From Burkholderiales bacterium (GTDB lineage Bacteria; Pseudomonadota; Gammaproteobacteria; Burkholderiales; SG8-39), in contig DASPRX010000145.1 of NCBI GenBank assembly GCA_035624235.1, positions 5,241-69,240 on the forward strand: 64,000 bases of DNA. The letters run 5' to 3'. The notes beneath the pieces were generated by a model, which saw only the letters and a list, made by a program, of their open reading frames with translations, searched no databases and was not told where the DNA came from. The translations under genes and the position numbers were made by a program. Below, piece by piece: positions 57,060 through 64,000 of this stretch. Position 1 is the first letter of the stretch, and each line of letters opens with the position of its first letter.

Positions 57060-57716
57060 CTAGGCGGCCTTGGCCGCCGCCGCGAGCTTGAGCGGCGCGG
57101 CGGTCTGGCGCTGCAGATCCTCGAAGGACAGGCCTTCGACCATCTCGACGACGCGCAGCCCGTCGGGCGCCACGTCGATCACCGCGAGGTCCGTGTAGAT
57201 CCGGTGCACGCAGGCGACGCCGGTAAGCGGATAATTGCAGCGCTCGACGATCTTGCTGGCGCCGGCCTTCGTCACGTGCTCCATCATGACGAGCACCTTC
57301 TTGGCGCCCAGCGCAAGATCCATCGCGCCGCCCACGGCGGGGATCGCGTCGGGCTCGCCCGTGTGCCAGTTGGCCAGATCGCCCGTGGCCGAGACCTGGA
57401 ACGCGCCTAGTACGCAGAAGTCGATGTGCCCGCCGCGGATCATGGCGAACGAATCGGCGTGGTGGAAATACGCGCCACCCGCGAGCAGCGTGACCGGCTC
57501 CTTGCCGGCGTTGATAAGGTCCTCGTCTTCCTGGTCCGGCGCGGGGCGCGGCCCGATGCCGAGCACGCCGTTCTCGCTGTGCATGATCACCTCGCGCCCC
57601 TTGGGAATGTGGTTGGCCACTAGCGTCGGCAGCCCGATTCCCAGGTTGACGTAAGCGCCTTCGGGGATGTCGCGCGCGACGCGCGCGGCGATCTGGTTGC
57701 GGTCGAGCCTCTTCAT
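57060..57716 (-). CDS. scoB: 3-oxoacid CoA-transferase subunit B
   Basis: 218 aa from MKRLDRNQIAARVARDIPEGAYVNLGIGLPT, with SENG (catalytic Glu context) and the GGAMDL motif. The remainder of track ORF 57060..58517 is rejected. Confidence 0.9.
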   Translation of the reverse strand: MKRLDRNQIAARVARDIPEGAYVNLGIGLPTLVANHIPKGREVIMHSENGVLGIGPRPAPDQEDEDLINAGKEPVTLLAGGAYFHHADSFAMIRGGHIDFCVLGAFQVSATGDLANWHTGEPDAIPAVGGAMDLALGAKKVLVMMEHVTKAGASKIVERCNYPLTGVACVHRIYTDLAVIDVAPDGLRVVEMVEGLSFEDLQRQTAAPLKLAAAAKAA

Positions 57717-57724
57717 CGAGTTTG

Positions 57725-58414
57725 CTAGGCGGCCTTGCCGAGCGCGGCGCGCGCTGCGACCCGCACGACGCGTTGCACGAAGATCCCCGGCGTCACGATT
57801 TCCTCGGGGTCGAGCGCGCCCAGCTCGACGGTCTCGCGCACCTGCACGACGGTGCAGCGCGCTGCGCTCGCCATGATCGGCCCGAAGTTGCGCGCGCTCT
57901 TGCGGTAGGTGAGGTTGCCCCACCGGTCGGCGCGGTCGGCCTTGATCAGCGCGTAGTCGGCGCGGATCGGGTATTCGAGGACGTAGTCGCGCGTGCCGAT
58001 GCGCCGCGTCTCCTTGCCTTCGGCGAGACGCGTGCCGAACGCGGTCGGCGTGTAGAACGCGCCGATGCCCGCGCCTGCGGCCCGGATGCGCTCGGCGAGC
58101 GTGCCCTGGGGCACGAGCTCGAGCTCGATTTCGCCTGCGCGGTACTGGCCGTCGAAGTGCCAGGAGTCCGCCTGCCGCGGAAACGAGCAGATGATCTTGC
58201 GGACGCGTCGCGCCTTGATGAGCGCGGCGAGCCCGGTGTCGCCGTTGCCGGCGTTGTTGTTGACGATCGTGAGCTCCCTTGCGCCTCGCTCGATCAGTGC
58301 GTCGATCAGCTGCGCGGGCATGCCGGCGTTGCCGAACCCGCCGATCATCACCGTCGCGCCGTCCGCCACGTCGGCGAGCGCCATCTGCGGTGTCGGAAGA
58401 ATCTTGTCGATCAC
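57725..58414 (-). CDS. scoA: 3-oxoacid CoA-transferase subunit A
   Basis: 229 aa with GATVMIGGFGNAGMP and ELELVPQGTLAERIRAAGAGIGAFYTPT. Confidence 0.9.
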   Translation of the reverse strand: MIDKILPTPQMALADVADGATVMIGGFGNAGMPAQLIDALIERGARELTIVNNNAGNGDTGLAALIKARRVRKIICSFPRQADSWHFDGQYRAGEIELELVPQGTLAERIRAAGAGIGAFYTPTAFGTRLAEGKETRRIGTRDYVLEYPIRADYALIKADRADRWGNLTYRKSARNFGPIMASAARCTVVQVRETVELGALDPEEIVTPGIFVQRVVRVAARAALGKAA

Positions 58415-58506
58415 CGGGCGAATCTAGGGCCCGCCTCCGCGCCTTGTCAAGCGAACGCCCCGCCGCGGTACACTTGCGCGCCTTGCCATCTTTCGCGGAC
58501 AACTCC

Positions 58507-59586
58507 ATGGCCGACATGCACGTGTTTCATTCCGCGCCGCTCATGCGCGCAATCGAGGCGATCGTCGCCGCAGGCGGCAGCGAGGCGCGCGAGGCACGCC
58601 TGGTGGCCGAGAACCTCGTCACCGCGAATCTCACCGGGCACGACTCGCACGGCATCGGCATGATCCCGCGCTACGTCGAATCGCTGAAGGAGGGCGGACT
58701 GAAGCCGAACCGCCATCCGCAGGTCAAGTTCGATGCCGGCGCACTGCTCGCGCTCGACGGCCAGGCCGGCTACGGCCAGGTGATCGGGCTGGAGGCGACC
58801 GACATGGCGATCGCGCGCGCCGAGCAGCATGGCGTGGCGGTGATGGCGCTCGCCAACTCGCACCATCTTTGCCGCATCGGCCAGTGGGCCGAGCAGGCGG
58901 TGGCGCAGAGCCTGATTTCGATAAGCTTCGTGAACGTCATCTCGCGGCCGATCGTCGCGCCCTACGGCGGCTCGGACGCGCGCTTCGGCACCAATCCTTG
59001 CACGATCGGCATCCCGCTCCCCGGCCAGCCGCCGCTCGTGCTCGACATGGCGACGAGCGCCGTCGCGCAGGGCAAGATCCGCGTCGCGCACAATAAGGGC
59101 GAGAGGGTGGCGCCGGGACTGCTGATCGACGACAAGGGCCAGCCCACGCTCGACCCGCGCTACGGCGTGATCGAGCCGCTGGGTGCGCTCACGACGATGG
59201 GGCTGCACAAGGGCTACGGTCTCGCGGTGGCGTGCGAGTTGCTCGGCGGCGCGCTCACCGGCGGCGGCACGCAGCATACGGGAGAGCGCACGAAGAAACG
59301 CGTGCTGAACGGCATGCTCACGATCCTCATAGACCCCTCCCGGCTCGGCACCGCGCAGGCGTTCGCGGGGGAGGCCGCCGCTTTCGTCGCGTGGGTGAGA
59401 AGGTCGCCGCCGGCGCCGGGCTTCGACAAGGTGCGCCTCGCGGGCGATCCGGAGCGCGAGACGCGCGCGCGGCGCCTTTCCGAGGGCATTCCGGTAGACG
59501 CCACCACCTGGCGCGATATCCACGCCGCGGGCGCAATGTTGAACGTTGCCGCCGACGCAATCGATCGGTTGGCGCGCGGGGCCTGA
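58507..59586 (+). CDS. Ldh_2-family (malate/L-lactate/ureidoglycolate-type) dehydrogenase
   Basis: 359 aa from MADMHVF, with TGHDSHGIGMIPRY, NSHHLCRIGQWAE and FGTNPC motifs of the type-2 malate/lactate dehydrogenase family. Confidence 0.85.
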   Translation: MADMHVFHSAPLMRAIEAIVAAGGSEAREARLVAENLVTANLTGHDSHGIGMIPRYVESLKEGGLKPNRHPQVKFDAGALLALDGQAGYGQVIGLEATDMAIARAEQHGVAVMALANSHHLCRIGQWAEQAVAQSLISISFVNVISRPIVAPYGGSDARFGTNPCTIGIPLPGQPPLVLDMATSAVAQGKIRVAHNKGERVAPGLLIDDKGQPTLDPRYGVIEPLGALTTMGLHKGYGLAVACELLGGALTGGGTQHTGERTKKRVLNGMLTILIDPSRLGTAQAFAGEAAAFVAWVRRSPPAPGFDKVRLAGDPERETRARRLSEGIPVDATTWRDIHAAGAMLNVAADAIDRLARGA

Positions 59587-59757
59587 AGGGCTTCGAGCGC
59601 GTCGCTCGCGGACGACGGACGTTCGCGACCATCTCAGATGTAACTTCCACTTGAGTATTTAAGTGGCTGATTATTTGTGCCCTTTTTCTTTCAGGAATCA
59701 CCCTTTCGATTGGCTTCTAAGTCTTTGTCTAAACGAGAAAAAATGCCTCCTTGAGCC

Positions 59758-59786
59758 TTGACCAGCCCCTTCCTTTCCCATACAGT
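59758..59786 (+). promoter_or_regulatory. Candidate dcw-cluster promoter (TTGACC - 17 nt - TACAGT)
   Basis: Read directly in the AT-richer 274-bp gap upstream of mraZ. TTGACC at 59758-59763 and TACAGT at 59781-59786. Confidence 0.5.
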
Positions 59787-59820
59787 GGGAAAATGTAGAA
59801 AAAAGTGGCAAAACACGGGA
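59785..59820 (+). promoter_or_regulatory. Four 10-bp-phased direct repeats (GTGGG-aaaat-GTAGA-aaaaa-GTGGC-aaaac-ACGGG), candidate MraZ operator
   Basis: Read directly. The G-rich pentamers are spaced by A-rich pentamers and overlap the putative -10. This resembles the TGGGN-N5 repeat operator described for E. coli MraZ. Confidence 0.55.
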
Positions 59821-59860
59821 GTCGCACCCCGCGTGTCGGTCACCAGAGGAAAAAAGGGGC

Positions 59861-60310
59861 ATGGGCGGAACGTTTCACGGGGCATCTGTCATCACGCTCG
59901 ACGCGAAGGGCCGTCTGGCTATTCCGACGCGTCATCGCGATGCGCTGCTCGAGCCCGACAAGCCGCTCGTGCTGACGGCGCACCCCGAAGGCTGCGTGCT
60001 GATCTACCCGGAGAGCGCCTGGGAGCCCGTGCGCGCCAAGGTCGAGACGTTTCCCAGCTTCAACCCCCAGGCGAGCTGGTGGAAGCGGCTGCTGCTCGGC
60101 TTCGAGGAGCACGTCGCTCCAGACGGCTCCGGGCGCGTTCTGCTCTCCGCGGCACTGCGCCAGCATGCGCGGCTCGAGCGCGACGCGATGATGGTCGGCC
60201 AGGGAAGCTACTTCGAGCTGTGGGACAACGGCGTGTGGAGCGCGAAACTCGCCGGCGCCCTGGCAGGCTCGGGCAATCCGCCGCCCGGAATGGAAGGCTT
60301 CTCGCTGTGA
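59861..60310 (+). CDS. mraZ: Transcriptional regulator MraZ
   Basis: 149 aa with FHGASVITLDAKGRLAIPTRHR and the second SpoVT/AbrB-like repeat (GRVLLSAALRQHARL). Confidence 0.92.
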   Translation: MGGTFHGASVITLDAKGRLAIPTRHRDALLEPDKPLVLTAHPEGCVLIYPESAWEPVRAKVETFPSFNPQASWWKRLLLGFEEHVAPDGSGRVLLSAALRQHARLERDAMMVGQGSYFELWDNGVWSAKLAGALAGSGNPPPGMEGFSL

Positions 60311-60325
60311 CGGCGGAAGCGAACG

Positions 60326-61309
60326 ATGGGCGCCCAGACGCTCACGCATCGCGCAGTGCTGCTCGAGGAGGCTGTCGAGGCGCTCGCCGTACGGCCCGAC
60401 GGCACCTACGTGGACGGCACCTTCGGGCGCGGCGGTCACAGCCGCGCCATCCTCGAGCGACTTGGCCCGCGCGGCGTGCTGATTGCCATCGATCGCGACC
60501 CGCAGGCGCTCGCCGCGGCGCGCTCGATCGTCGATCCAAGGCTGCGTGCGGTGCACGCGCGCCTGAGCGAGCTCGCCAGCGTGCTCGACGCCCAGGGCGT
60601 GCGGCACGCGCACGGCATGCTCTTCGACCTCGGCGTGTCCTCGCCGCAGCTCGAGGACCCGGCGCGCGGATTCTCGTTCCGCGCCGACGGGCCGCTCGAC
60701 ATGCGCATGGATCCGAGCAGCGGACAAACGGCGGCGCAGTGGCTCGCAGCCGCCACCGAGCGGGAGATCAGGGAGGCGATAGGGGGCTATGGCGAAGAAC
60801 GGTTTGCTAAACAGATTGCAAAGACGATTGTTGCTGCTCGCGACCGCGAACCCATCGTTCGCACCAAGCAACTTGCCGATATCGTGGGTGCGGCGGTCCG
60901 CACACGGGAGCCGGGCCAGGATCCGGCGACGCGCACCTTTCAGGCTCTACGGATTCTCGTCAATCGGGAGCTTCAGGAAGTGTCGCTGATGCTGCCACAG
61001 GCGATCGCGCGGCTGGCGCGCGGAGGGAGGCTCGCCGTTATCAGCTTCCATTCGCTCGAGGATCGCATCGTCAAGCGCTTCATGCGCGCGGCCTCGCGCG
61101 CCGAGCTGCCGCGGGATTTGCCGATCCGCGCCAGCGAAATGCCACAAATGCCGCTCAAGATCGTCGGCCGTGCCATCCGCGCCTCGGCTGCCGAAATTGC
61201 GGCGAATCCCCGCGCGCGCAGCGCAACGCTGCGCGTCGCAGAGCGCACGGGTGCGTTGCTCGACCCGTCGCTCTTTGACCGAATCGAGCCCGACGCGTGG
61301 CGAAGCTGA
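60326..61309 (+). CDS. rsmH: 16S rRNA (cytosine1402-N4)-methyltransferase RsmH
   Basis: 327 aa with [38 protein letters not shown] and [11 protein letters not shown]. Confidence 0.93.
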   Translation: MGAQTLTHRAVLLEEAVEALAVRPDGTYVDGTFGRGGHSRAILERLGPRGVLIAIDRDPQALAAARSIVDPRLRAVHARLSELASVLDAQGVRHAHGMLFDLGVSSPQLEDPARGFSFRADGPLDMRMDPSSGQTAAQWLAAATEREIREAIGGYGEERFAKQIAKTIVAARDREPIVRTKQLADIVGAAVRTREPGQDPATRTFQALRILVNRELQEVSLMLPQAIARLARGGRLAVISFHSLEDRIVKRFMRAASRAELPRDLPIRASEMPQMPLKIVGRAIRASAAEIAANPRARSATLRVAERTGALLDPSLFDRIEPDAWRS

Positions 61310-61575
61310 ACCTTCTCCTCCTCCTGGTTCTCGTCGTCTGCGCGCTCGGGCTCGTCACCTCCCAGCACAAGGCGCGCACGCTGTTCTCCGACCTGGAGCG
61401 CGAAGAGCAGCGCGCGCGCCAGCTGGACGTCGAGTACGGCCAGCTGCAGCTCGAGGCGAGCACCTGGGGGCTGCACTCGCGCGTCGAGCAGATCGCGCGC
61501 CAGACGCTCGGCATGCGCGTGCCGGACCCGCGCGGCGTGGTGATCGTGAGGCCGCCGGCGGGAGCGACGAAGTGA
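61297..61575 (+). CDS. ftsL: Cell division protein FtsL
   Basis: 92 aa with one TM helix ([15 protein letters not shown]) and a coiled-coil region. GTG start overlaps the rsmH end. Sits in the canonical position between rsmH and ftsI. Confidence 0.85.
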   Translation: MAKLNLLLLLVLVVCALGLVTSQHKARTLFSDLEREEQRARQLDVEYGQLQLEASTWGLHSRVEQIARQTLGMRVPDPRGVVIVRPPAGATK

Positions 61576-63302
61576 GCCTCGCCGCAGCGCCAGCGGTGGT
61601 GCGCCTGCCGGTATGGCGCGCGCGCTTCGTGCTGATCGCGTTTGTCGCGGGATTCGCCGTGCTCGTCGGACGCTCGGTCTACCTGCAGGCAATGAAGACC
61701 GACTTCCTGCAGGAGAAGGGTGAGGCCCGCTTTTCGCGCGCGCTCGAGATTCCGGCGACGCGCGGCAGGGTGCTCGACCGCAACGGCGAGGCGCTCGCGG
61801 TGTCCACGCCGGTCAAGTCGATATGGGTCATCCCCGCCGACGTCGAGGCGAGCGCACAGGCGAAGAGAAGGCTCGCGCAGCTACTCGGGCTGGATGCGCG
61901 CGAGGTGGCGAAGAAGCTCGCCGAAACCGACCGCGATTTCGTCTACCTCAAAAGACAGGTGTCGCCCGACACCGCCGAGAAGGTGGACGCGCTCGGGATC
62001 CCGGGCGTGTATGAACAGAAAGAGTACCGGCGCTACTACCCGGCGGGCGAAGTCGCCGCGCACGTTGTCGGCTTCACCGGCGTCGACGACACCGGCCAGG
62101 AAGGCATCGAGCTCGCCTACCAGTCCATGCTCGGCGGCAAGCCGGGCAGCCGGCGCGTGATCAAGGACCGCCTCGGGCGCATCGTCGAAGACGTCGGTTC
62201 GGTACACGCGGCGCAGGACGGCAAGGACGTGACGCTGTCGATCGACAGCAAGATCCAGAGCCTTGCCTACGGCGCTCTGAAGGACGCGGTGGCGGCGCAC
62301 CATGCGAAGGCGGGCGCGATCGTCGCGATCGACGCGCGCACCGGCGAGGTGCTCGCGCTCGCGAACGTGCCCTCCTACAACCCGAACAACCGCGCGCGGC
62401 TGACCGGCTCGCAGCTGCGCAACCGCGCGCTCACCGACAGCTTCGAACCGGGCTCGACTCTCAAGCCATTCAGCATCGCGCTCGCGCTCGAGACGGGGCG
62501 CATCACGCCCGCGACCCGGCTGCAGACTGACGGCGGCAAGTTCCGCATCGGCGGATACACGATCCACGATGCGCACAAGGACGGGATGCTGAGCGTGGCG
62601 CAGGTCATCGAGGTCTCCTCCAACGTCGGCGCGGCCAAGATCGCGCTCCAGCTCCCGCGCGAGCAGATGTGGGACATGTTCAGGCGCGTCGGCTTCGGTG
62701 CCCAGCCGGCGCTCGGCTTTCCCGGAGAATCCGGCGGCAAGCTGCGCCCCTGGAAGACCTGGCGCCCGATAGAGCAGGCGACGATGGCCTACGGGCACGG
62801 TATTGCGGTGAGCCTTATGCAGCTGGCGCACGCGTACACCATATTCGCGCGCGACGGCCGCCTGGTGCCGCTCACGCTGCTGCGCACCGACACGCCCGTG
62901 CAGGGCGAGCGCGTGATTTCGGCGCATACCGCGCACGAGGTGCGCAAGATGCTCGAGCTCGCGGTGCAACCGGGTGGCACGGGTCCGCTCGCGCGCATCA
63001 TGGGCTGGAGCGTCGCCGGCAAGACCGGCACGGCGCACAAGGAGCAGGACGGCGGCTATGCCCCGGACAAGTACATCGCGTCGTTCGCCGGGTTCGCCCC
63101 CGCCTCGGCACCGCGCGTCGTGCTCGCCGTCATGATCGACGAGCCCGACGTGCGCCTCGACTACTACGGCGGTGTCGTGGCGGCGCCGGTGTTCGCGCAG
63201 GTCATGCAGGGAATTCTGCGCATGCTGAACGTTCCGTACGACGCGCCGCTCGAGCCGCTCGACGCGCCGGGCGACGGCGACGCTGCCAAGGAGGGCACTT
63301 GA
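61572..63302 (+). CDS. ftsI: Peptidoglycan D,D-transpeptidase FtsI (PBP3)
   Basis: 576 aa from GTG 61572 (GTGA overlap with the ftsL stop). TM anchor, RG.I.DRNG-type motif (RGRVLDRNGEALA), and SxxK (STLKP), SSN and KTGT active-site motifs. The upstream 134 codons of the track ORF are rejected. Confidence 0.92.
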   Translation: MSLAAAPAVVRLPVWRARFVLIAFVAGFAVLVGRSVYLQAMKTDFLQEKGEARFSRALEIPATRGRVLDRNGEALAVSTPVKSIWVIPADVEASAQAKRRLAQLLGLDAREVAKKLAETDRDFVYLKRQVSPDTAEKVDALGIPGVYEQKEYRRYYPAGEVAAHVVGFTGVDDTGQEGIELAYQSMLGGKPGSRRVIKDRLGRIVEDVGSVHAAQDGKDVTLSIDSKIQSLAYGALKDAVAAHHAKAGAIVAIDARTGEVLALANVPSYNPNNRARLTGSQLRNRALTDSFEPGSTLKPFSIALALETGRITPATRLQTDGGKFRIGGYTIHDAHKDGMLSVAQVIEVSSNVGAAKIALQLPREQMWDMFRRVGFGAQPALGFPGESGGKLRPWKTWRPIEQATMAYGHGIAVSLMQLAHAYTIFARDGRLVPLTLLRTDTPVQGERVISAHTAHEVRKMLELAVQPGGTGPLARIMGWSVAGKTGTAHKEQDGGYAPDKYIASFAGFAPASAPRVVLAVMIDEPDVRLDYYGGVVAAPVFAQVMQGILRMLNVPYDAPLEPLDAPGDGDAAKEGT

Positions 63303-63366
63303 TGCGCGGCCTGATCTACGCGGTGGTGGAGGCGGTTTGGCGGCTCAAGGGCTGCTGGGTGGACGA

Positions 63367-64000
63367 GTGGGATCCGCGCGACTGGACATTTTCACGAACC
63401 TCGCCTCGCAGGGAGCAATGATCGAGCGGCTCTCCTCGGACAGCCGCCGCTGCGCGCCGGGGGTGGCGTTTTTCGCCTATCCGGGCGAGACGGCCGACGG
63501 ACGTTCGTACATCGCGGACGCGATCGGCCGCGGCGCGTCCGCAGTGGTATGGGAGTCCGCCGAGTTCGCCTGGCGCGCAGAATGGAACGTACCGAACGTC
63601 GGCGTGAGCGGATTGAAGCGCCGTGCCGGCACGCTCGCGCACGAGTTCTACGGGCGACCGTCCGAGTCGCTGTGGACGTGTGGCGTCACGGGCACCAACG
63701 GCAAGACCTCGACCACTCAGTGGCTCGCCGCGCTGCTGTGCGCGCGCGGCGTGAAGGCGGGGGTGATCGGAACGCTCGGCAACGGCTTTCCCGGCGCGCT
63801 CGCGGCGCCCGTAAACACCACGCCCGATGCGCTCGAGGTTCACGCCACGCTCGCCGCGCTGCGCAACGCGGGCGCGCGCGCCGTGGCAATGGAGGTGTCC
63901 TCGCACGGACTGGCGCAGGGCCGCGTCGGCGGCGTCGCCTTCGATTGCGCGCTCTTCACCAACCTGTCGCACGACCACCTCGACTACCACGGCACGATGG
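63367..64000 (+). CDS. murE: UDP-N-acetylmuramoyl-L-alanyl-D-glutamate--2,6-diaminopimelate ligase MurE, N-terminal part (3' end outside window)
   Basis: This frame is absent from the ORF track because it runs off the window. It reads LSSDSRRCAPGVAFFAYPGETADGRSYI and GVTGTNGKTSTTQWLA (P-loop). The start is uncertain: GTG 63367, TTG 63337 or ATG 63418. Confidence 0.85.
   Translation, partial: MGSARLDIFTNLASQGAMIERLSSDSRRCAPGVAFFAYPGETADGRSYIADAIGRGASAVVWESAEFAWRAEWNVPNVGVSGLKRRAGTLAHEFYGRPSESLWTCGVTGTNGKTSTTQWLAALLCARGVKAGVIGTLGNGFPGALAAPVNTTPDALEVHATLAALRNAGARAVAMEVSSHGLAQGRVGGVAFDCALFTNLSHDHLDYHGTM

Noticed and set aside
59647-59666. Hairpin CCACTT-gagtattt-AAGTGG after the Ldh_2 gene, followed by a T-rich stretch. 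It could be a terminator.
   Set aside because: The stem is only 6 bp and AT-rich, and the T-run is interrupted and about 15 nt away. It is plausible but not supportable as a terminator from sequence alone.
63302-63421. ATG-initiated 39-codon ORF (MRGLIYAVVEAV...) overlapping the ftsI stop, which looks like a tidy ATGA-coupled start for murE.
   Set aside because: It terminates at 63421 and is out of frame with the MurE-homologous frame (LSSDSRR...GVTGTNGKTS). MurE must start in the other frame (GTG 63367, TTG 63337 or ATG 63418).

Overview
GC-rich proteobacterial chromosomal segment. Gene order and protein families look betaproteobacterial, but that is inference. I call about 60 protein genes and one tRNA-Leu. 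I saw no rRNA, CRISPR array, transposase, integrase or phage genes.

The backbone is housekeeping: mnmA, purB, secF-secD-yajC-tgt-queA, panC-dNK-folK-pcnB, hda/purM, dnaE, metG/apbC/dcd, folA, and the start of the dcw cluster (mraZ-rsmH-ftsL-ftsI-murE).

Because of the GC content, the six-frame track is crowded with Arg/Ala/Pro-rich antisense and out-of-frame ORFs. Many real genes also carry long false N-terminal extensions. I re-set those starts by reading the DNA for start codons, RBS and stop/start overlaps.

Regions worth a second look:
1. 8.3-14.7 kb: next to tRNA-Leu there is a complete Xanthomonas-type DSF quorum-sensing circuit, ordered rpfG (REC + HD-GYP), rpfC (hybrid kinase), then a convergent rpfF (DSF synthase). 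A heme-oxygenase-like putative diiron oxidase gene sits between rpfC and rpfF. No rpfB is present. A ~570-bp non-coding region follows and contains a perfect CRP/Clp-type palindrome (TGTGA-N6-TCACA).
2. 27.5-37.5 kb: nine tightly packed same-strand genes. A class III nucleotidyl cyclase-PEGA protein, a lipoprotein and a Hanks-type Ser/Thr kinase sit directly upstream of a hyfBCEFGI-like membrane complex. Its 'hydrogenase large subunit' has lost all four NiFe cysteine ligands (Ehr-type), and no ferredoxin-type subunit is present.
3. 41.5 kb: a near-consensus promoter and a strongly Shine-Dalgarno-led 21-codon uORF lie in front of a eukaryote-type ornithine/lysine decarboxylase.
4. An orphan DGQHR (DndB-like) protein.
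5. A pilin-fold protein without a prepilin cleavage motif.
6. A 29-bp palindrome at an XRE regulator / FAD-oxidase-like divergent promoter.
7. A GlrK-QseG-GlrR-like three-gene module.
8. A regulator-less ~11-kb catabolic block.

All functional calls rest on my reading of the translated ORFs and remembered family motifs. No database search was run.
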